From assembly GCA_030524635.1 (NCBI GenBank), contig JAUNGG010000004.1, positions 50,077 to 114,076 of the forward strand: 64,000 bases of DNA, written 5' to 3'. The notes below the pieces were generated by a model that searched no databases, had not been told where the DNA came from, and saw only the letters and a program-made list of their open reading frames with translations. Each line of letters starts with the position of its first letter. Position 1 is the stretch's first letter. The position numbers were made by a program, and so were the translations under genes. This DNA comes from Lachnospiraceae bacterium. Its GTDB lineage: Bacteria > Bacillota > Clostridia > Lachnospirales > Lachnospiraceae. Positions 58,684-64,000 of this stretch are shown in pieces.

Positions 58684-58971
58684 TTATGCTTCCTGCTTTA
58701 CAACTAAGTATCTGATAACCGGTTCCATAATACGAACGTGAGCCTCAACTTCGTTCGGGCAGTTAGAATCGCCTTCGAACTGAATGAAGTAGTAGTAAGC
58801 TTCTTTCATCTTCTGGATTTCGTAAGCTAATCTCTTCTTACCCCACTCGTCTACATTGGTTACGGTGCCGCCGAAACGGGTGATGTAACCCTTTACCTTC
58901 TCGATTGCTGCTGCTCTCTCTTCGTCTTCCAGCTTCACATTCAGAACAACTGCTAATTCGTACTTGTTCAT
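58684..58971 (-). CDS. rpsF: 30S ribosomal protein S6
   Basis: 95 aa starting MNKYELAVVL with an AAGGAGG RBS. Confidence 0.9.
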   Translation of the reverse strand: MNKYELAVVLNVKLEDEERAAAIEKVKGYITRFGGTVTNVDEWGKKRLAYEIQKMKEAYYYFIQFEGDSNCPNEVEAHVRIMEPVIRYLVVKQEA

Positions 58972-59121
58972 CTTGTTTTACCTCCTTGTGGTCTCTGGCC
59001 CCTGTTCGTCCAAGGGGATTTCACATTTCAAACCCGCAATGACAGGAGCAAGGAAATTAATATGTCACAGTATTTTAGTTTACCAAACTTTGTCCGATTT
59101 GGCAAGGGTTTTTTTCGTTTA

Positions 59122-59328
59122 TTAATGAATTTTTGCTCCCGGTTTTCTTAAGCCCCGCATGTTCTTCTCCACCAGCTTCCGGGCCACCATCACCTGATGG
59201 CCGCAGCCCAGGCACTTTAATCGAAAGTCCGCCCCTACACGCAGGATCTCCCATTCCTGGCTTCCGCAGGGATGAGGCTTTTTTAATTTTACAATATCTT
59301 CCACTTCAAAATTTGGCTTTTCCAACAT
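59122..59328 (-). CDS. DUF951-family small protein (YyzM-like)
   Basis: 68 aa with a CGSQ ... CLGCGH zinc-ribbon-like core. It lies next to rpsF as in Bacillus. Confidence 0.65.
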   Translation of the reverse strand: MLEKPNFEVEDIVKLKKPHPCGSQEWEILRVGADFRLKCLGCGHQVMVARKLVEKNMRGLRKPGAKIH

Positions 59329-59373
59329 ATCGAAAACTCCTGAATTCTATTTTTCTAATCCGGCAAACTCCCA

Positions 59374-60366
59374 TCACTGCCGCAGGATCCCATCGATCTG
59401 CTCCAGCTCCTCCTCTGAGAATTCCAGATGCTCCAGGCAGGCTGCACTGTTCTCAAGCTGCGTCGTACTGCTGGCTCCGATCAGCACAGAGGTGACCTCC
59501 GGACGGCGCAAAACCCAGGCAAGAGCCATCTGTGCCAGAGACTGGCCTCTCTCCGATGCAATCTCATTCAGTCTGCGGATCTTCTCCAGATTTTCCGGAT
59601 TGAGGTAGCGGCCTCCTACTGTGGTTCCCTCACGGGCCGCACGGGAATCCGCCGGAATCCCCTTCAGATACCGGTCTGTCAGTGCGCCCTGGGCCAGCGG
59701 GCTGTACGCAATACAGCCGGTGCCGCTCTCACCCAGCACATCTAACAGTCCATCCTCCACCCAGCGCTCCAGCATATTATACCGGGGCTGATGAAGGAGG
59801 CATGGCGTCCCATTTTTCTTTAACAGCTGGATTGCCTTCTTCGCTTCCTCTGCCTGATAGTTGGAAATTCCCACATAAAGCGCCTTTCCCTGCCGCACGA
59901 TATCGCTCAGTGCTCCCATGGTCTCCTCCAAAGGCGTCTCCGGATCCGGCCGGTGATGATAGAATACATCCACATAATCAATCCCCATCCGCTTCAGACT
60001 TTGGTCCAGGCTGGCCATCAGATACTTTCTGGATCCCCAGTTTCCGTAAGGCCCCGGCCAGAAATCAAAGCCTGCCTTAGTGGAGATAAAAAGCTCATCC
60101 CGGTATTTTCCCAGATCACTCTTTAAGATGGCGCCGAAGTTTTCCTCCGCCTTTCCTCTGGCCGGATGGCCGTAATTGTTTGCCAAATCAAAATGGGTGA
60201 TTCCCAGATCAAATGCCCGGCATAAAACCTGTCTCTGATGCTCCAAAGGCTTTTCCAGGCCGAAATTCTGCCATAACCCTAAGGAAACCCGCGGAAGCAG
60301 AACTCCGCTCCTTCCACAGCGCTTATATATCATGTTGTCATATCGATTCTCTGCTGCCTGATACAT
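59374..60366 (-). CDS. Aldo/keto reductase (YghZ/Tas-like)
   Basis: 330 aa with AKR motifs (GITHFDLANNYG, IGISNY). Confidence 0.85.
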   Translation of the reverse strand: MYQAAENRYDNMIYKRCGRSGVLLPRVSLGLWQNFGLEKPLEHQRQVLCRAFDLGITHFDLANNYGHPARGKAEENFGAILKSDLGKYRDELFISTKAGFDFWPGPYGNWGSRKYLMASLDQSLKRMGIDYVDVFYHHRPDPETPLEETMGALSDIVRQGKALYVGISNYQAEEAKKAIQLLKKNGTPCLLHQPRYNMLERWVEDGLLDVLGESGTGCIAYSPLAQGALTDRYLKGIPADSRAAREGTTVGGRYLNPENLEKIRRLNEIASERGQSLAQMALAWVLRRPEVTSVLIGASSTTQLENSAACLEHLEFSEEELEQIDGILRQ

Positions 60367-60411
60367 TTCAACCTCCTAGATCCTAGTTTTTATATTTTTT
60401 GATTGTTAAAT

Positions 60412-61137
60412 TTACAAACCTTCCACCGCATCTCCCAGCACTTCTCCGATGGGCCCGCTGATCACCAGATCCGCCCGGCTGTCCATGGGCGTCACAGACT
60501 TATTGATCAATACCAGCTTCTGCCCGCTGTAATAGTCGATCAGTCCCGCCGCAGGGTATACCGTCAGAGAGGTACCGCCGATGATCAGCATATCTGCATG
60601 GCGGATATACTGGACGGATTTATTAATGGTATGCTGGTCCAGCCCCTCCTCATAGAGGACCACATCCGGCTTGATGGTGCCGCCGCAGGAGCATTTCGGC
60701 ACCCCGTCTGCCTTCATCACATAGGCAAGATCATAAAATTTACCGCAGCGGCTGCAGTAATTCCGGTGTACCGACCCATGCAGCTCCATCACCTCGCGGC
60801 TCCCTGCCGCCTGGTGAAGACCGTCGATATTCTGCGTGATCACCGCCTTAAGTTTTCCCAGCTCCTCCAGCCTTGCCAGCGCCAGATGGGCACGGTTGGG
60901 CTTTGCCTCCGGAAACAGCATCCGGCTCTTGTAGAAGCGGTAAAATTCTTCTGGATTCCGCACATAAAAGCTGTGGCTGATAATGGTTTCCGGAGGGTAT
61001 TTATACTCCTGATTATACAGTCCGTCCACACTTCGAAAATCCGGAATCCCACTTTCTGTGGATACGCCGGCTCCCCCGAAAAATACGATATTGTCACTTT
61101 CCAAGATCCACTGCTTTAACTGTTCCTCTGGCTTCAT
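60412..61137 (-). CDS. cobB: NAD-dependent protein deacylase, Sir2 family
   Basis: Start at MKPEEQLKQW with a GAAGGGAGG RBS. GAGVSTESGIPDFR motif and a CxxC ... CxxC zinc site. Confidence 0.85.
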   Translation of the reverse strand: MKPEEQLKQWILESDNIVFFGGAGVSTESGIPDFRSVDGLYNQEYKYPPETIISHSFYVRNPEEFYRFYKSRMLFPEAKPNRAHLALARLEELGKLKAVITQNIDGLHQAAGSREVMELHGSVHRNYCSRCGKFYDLAYVMKADGVPKCSCGGTIKPDVVLYEEGLDQHTINKSVQYIRHADMLIIGGTSLTVYPAAGLIDYYSGQKLVLINKSVTPMDSRADLVISGPIGEVLGDAVEGL

Positions 61138-61263
61138 ATAAAGTCCTCCCTTCATGTTTGGCATTTGCTCCACGCCTTCAGCTTTCCTGAAATCGCCCCC
61201 ACAGCCGCTTGGCAACACTTTCATTAGTAATTATACGAAAATGCTCCCAAAATAACAAGAACC

Positions 61264-62319
61264 TTACACAACCTCATCCAAAAAAATCCCCTGCTCTGTC
61301 TGTACGGTTTTTAATAAAAGCTCCGGAATTTCCTCCGGCTTTCCATATCCCATCAGCCACTGCGTCAGGGCTTCAACCGTCACGGACAAGGTTCCATCTG
61401 GAATGTCATCGCCAAGCTTTTGAAGCTGGGATCCTTCTTTCGTAATCCTCCAGGAAAAAAGACCATGATTCCCTTCTATCTGACGGTCCCGGATCCCCAG
61501 TGTAATACAAATGGGCGCGGCATCTGGCTTTAATCGGATCCCTTTGAAAAACTCCTCCAAATTCACGATTCTCGCCATGATCGCAGGCCGTGCCTTCTTA
61601 TCCGGCTCTGTAAAGGCCTCCTCCGCATACAAAAACCGACGTTCCTTCTCTTCCTTCCCCCAGAAGCATTCCATCCCAACCAGGCGCTCTCCCTCATAAA
61701 GCAGATCCCACTGACCATACTCGCTGACGATCTCCTTCCAAAGCCGTAGCATATAGGCACCATCCCGCTGGGCAAAAACCTGGTACCGCTGGGCCAGCCA
61801 CTGATTCAGCCACCTTCCTGCCAGTTCCAGCTTCCCGCCCGCAGCCTTGCCTGCAGCCTGATCCTCGCCCCGGTCTCCGATCCTCACCCGGCGAAGCCTC
61901 TCTCCTGCCTCATTTAATTTCCAGAAGGGCTGGTCATACACATACACAAAGCCAAAGGGCTGGTAGATCGCTGGATCCGCAGGCATCAGGAAGGTAAAGG
62001 GCATCTTCTCCCGGTTCTGATCCTCCAGCATCTGCATCAGCAATTGCCTCATATAACCACGATGGCGGCACTCCAGGGCTGTGGCAACTCCTACAATATA
62101 ATCCAGCTGATACCTTTTACCGCCATAATAAACCTGATACGGATTTCGCTGAAGCATGGCATAGATCTCATCTACATCCTCCAGCACTAAAATCTGGTTG
62201 TCCCGGCACTTTTCACCATAATAGTAATCCAAAAAGCGGGGGGAATCCTCTGCAAAGCACTGCTCCCACAGCTTCCTGCTCCTTTCTTTTTCTTCCTGCT
62301 CCAAATACCGAATCTCCAT
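61264..62319 (-). CDS. GNAT-family acetyltransferase with a sterol-carrier-like C-terminal domain (Eis-like)
   Basis: Start at MEIRYLEQEEKE with a CAGGAGGAA RBS. GNAT core around ALECRHRGYMRQLL. Confidence 0.6.
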   Translation of the reverse strand: MEIRYLEQEEKERSRKLWEQCFAEDSPRFLDYYYGEKCRDNQILVLEDVDEIYAMLQRNPYQVYYGGKRYQLDYIVGVATALECRHRGYMRQLLMQMLEDQNREKMPFTFLMPADPAIYQPFGFVYVYDQPFWKLNEAGERLRRVRIGDRGEDQAAGKAAGGKLELAGRWLNQWLAQRYQVFAQRDGAYMLRLWKEIVSEYGQWDLLYEGERLVGMECFWGKEEKERRFLYAEEAFTEPDKKARPAIMARIVNLEEFFKGIRLKPDAAPICITLGIRDRQIEGNHGLFSWRITKEGSQLQKLGDDIPDGTLSVTVEALTQWLMGYGKPEEIPELLLKTVQTEQGIFLDEVV

Positions 62320-62408
62320 ACATTCCTCCTGAATCTTCCCATTCTCTGCAACTGTTCCATGCCGCCCCGGCTGCAGGCGCTTTATCAAAAGAAAGACTTC
62401 TCAGACCA

Positions 62409-63398
62409 CTACCTGGCCTGGAAGCCTTTCTGCCTTATCCTGTATTTTCTGGCGTATCCCACCGGCTGATAGCTGAGCTTTGCCTGCCGCAGTCCTGGAA
62501 TTCCCACATCATCCTCCCGGTTTACCAGGAGCGCATCTGGAAATTCGTGGATCAAAAACTGCTGGTTAATAAACTGATACAAGCCCTTGATCGTGGGATT
62601 GGCCTTTTCAATGCTGATGACAGCCATCTTCTCCCGGGGATTATAGCTGCCTACTGTAAAGGCTTCCAGGCTCCCGTCAAGATACACGCCGCCCATCTGC
62701 ACATGAAGCTGAGAGCAGTTTTTTAAAATCTCGTGGATGCCCTCCACCTCATAATCCAGCTCCCAGGCCTCGTCCACATTTTCTCCCTTCTGGTCTCTCC
62801 AAAAGCTTAGGAAATCCCACACATCATGCCGGTCGGAGCAGCACAGCTTCCGGTACTCGTACCGTCCTTCATACTCCCGCATAAAGGCATTGACCAGATT
62901 CTTTTTCTTGTGAAGCTTCTTTCCTGCCAAGGTCCGCATCGCTTCCCCATCATAGAGGTAATCTTTCAGATCCTCCATCTCCACCACCTCAAACTGCTCC
63001 GGATCCAGCTTCAGATACTCCACCGCCTCCGCATCAGCCAGGTAGATCCACAATGGCTTATTTAACTCCTCATTAAAATAAGCGACCATCTGATTAAAAA
63101 AGTAAGGAAGCTCCTCTTCCCGGCACAGCGGCATCGCTGTGGAAGTCTCTCCTTCATCCTCCATCAGCCACTGAACAGCTCGTCCCTCACTGATGGCGTA
63201 GCGCACCTGGTAAGCATTCCGCCAAAGAAAGCTGTCCAAAAATACACTGTCGCAGGTTTTATTGTCCCGCAAAGAAAAGAACGGCGTCAGCCGTTCGATA
63301 TCTTCTGCTGTAATTGAGTGAAACTCTAATTTTGTCATACACCCATCCATGATCCTGTATAATCCTTTCCTATGCGGCTGCTGCCGCATTCCTTTCAC
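62409..63398 (-). CDS. DUF2156-domain protein (lysyl-phosphatidylglycerol synthase C-terminal domain-like)
   Basis: 329 aa with an acyl-transfer-like fold. The start is probably internal (MTKLEFHS at 63338). Confidence 0.55.
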   Translation of the reverse strand: MKGMRQQPHRKGLYRIMDGCMTKLEFHSITAEDIERLTPFFSLRDNKTCDSVFLDSFLWRNAYQVRYAISEGRAVQWLMEDEGETSTAMPLCREEELPYFFNQMVAYFNEELNKPLWIYLADAEAVEYLKLDPEQFEVVEMEDLKDYLYDGEAMRTLAGKKLHKKKNLVNAFMREYEGRYEYRKLCCSDRHDVWDFLSFWRDQKGENVDEAWELDYEVEGIHEILKNCSQLHVQMGGVYLDGSLEAFTVGSYNPREKMAVISIEKANPTIKGLYQFINQQFLIHEFPDALLVNREDDVGIPGLRQAKLSYQPVGYARKYRIRQKGFQAR

Positions 63399-63423
63399 AG
63401 CTGCTTCGTCCTCTCCACAGCCG

Positions 63424-63828
63424 TTAACTTCTCTTAATAAAATCCGTATGGCATTTGGGACAATGAATACTGATCTTTCCCTTGCCCCTTGGAATCCGGA
63501 TCTTCTGTCCGCAGCCCGGACATTTGTAAATGTGAAATCTCCTTGCCTGATCCGCCCGGAATCTCCACTTTTTCAAACATTCCGTCACCTGGAAGCGGTA
63601 CCGCATATAACGCTCATTTTCCTGAAAGCGAGCGGAAATATTTCTGGAGAACATACGGTAATAGGCAACAATCAAAAGCACAACTGCCAGACTGTACAGG
63701 ATCCTGGTTCTGGCAAACAGATTCACTGCCAGCAGCACCACCACACAGGCATTTAAAAAATGCGTCAGCTGGTCTGCACCATATCTGCCGATCATAAACT
63801 GCTGCAGTTTTCGTCTCCATTCGCTCAT
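63424..63828 (-). CDS. Small membrane protein with a C-terminal zinc ribbon
   Basis: One or two TM segments, then CPGCGQKIRIP ... CPKCH. Confidence 0.45.
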   Translation of the reverse strand: MSEWRRKLQQFMIGRYGADQLTHFLNACVVVLLAVNLFARTRILYSLAVVLLIVAYYRMFSRNISARFQENERYMRYRFQVTECLKKWRFRADQARRFHIYKCPGCGQKIRIPRGKGKISIHCPKCHTDFIKRS

Positions 63829-64000
63829 CCTGTATCTCGCTCCTTCCCCGCAACGGCTCTCCGCCTTCCCAGTTACGGTCTCTTCTTCAATGTATGTGGC
63901 AGATCGCCTGCTTAGACATACTCAACTATACCGTTTGGCCGATTTAATGTCAAGGCGATGGCGAATAATTTCAGAATCTTTATTGAATTTTAAGTTATAA

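Overview
This 64 kb window looks like chromosomal DNA from a spore-forming Firmicute, most likely a Clostridia/Lachnospiraceae-type organism. All calls below come from reading the six-frame translations and the DNA by eye, with no database searches.

Supporting the spore-former call: dapA sits divergent from the dipicolinate synthase genes dpaA and dpaB, and the conserved spoIIE-tilS-hpt-ftsH and yabN/yabO/yabP/yabQ-divIC neighbourhoods are present. The rpsF-ssb-rpsR operon is here too. There are five tRNA genes: Phe, Gly(UCC), Gly(GCC), Tyr and Leu(UAA).

Between these housekeeping blocks are several accessory loci:
- A GH31 glycosidase co-operonic with a TRAP DctPQM transporter and a divergent AraC regulator.
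- A minus-strand operon encoding an isocitrate-lyase/PEP-mutase-family lyase, a LeuC/LeuD-like hydratase pair, a hypothetical protein and an anion permease. Its sizes and content resemble the dimethylmaleate hydratase and dimethylmalate lyase module of anaerobic nicotinate fermentation.
- A three-subunit xanthine-dehydrogenase-family molybdenum hydroxylase operon with two YjiH-type permeases and a MocA-histidine-phosphatase fusion, downstream of a separately terminated GntR gene.
- An RtcB RNA ligase flanked by a divergent, apparently frameshifted tandem-WYL regulator and a tRNA-like non-coding element that has no acceptor stem. This could be a Y-RNA-like element.
- A small AT-rich three-gene cassette with a perfect 16 bp palindrome upstream. 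The middle gene encodes an XRE helix-turn-helix protein.
- An HTH-Uma2 nuclease fusion.
- A SpoIIE homologue lacking its membrane domain and translationally coupled to divIC.

No CRISPR array, integrase or transposase was found.
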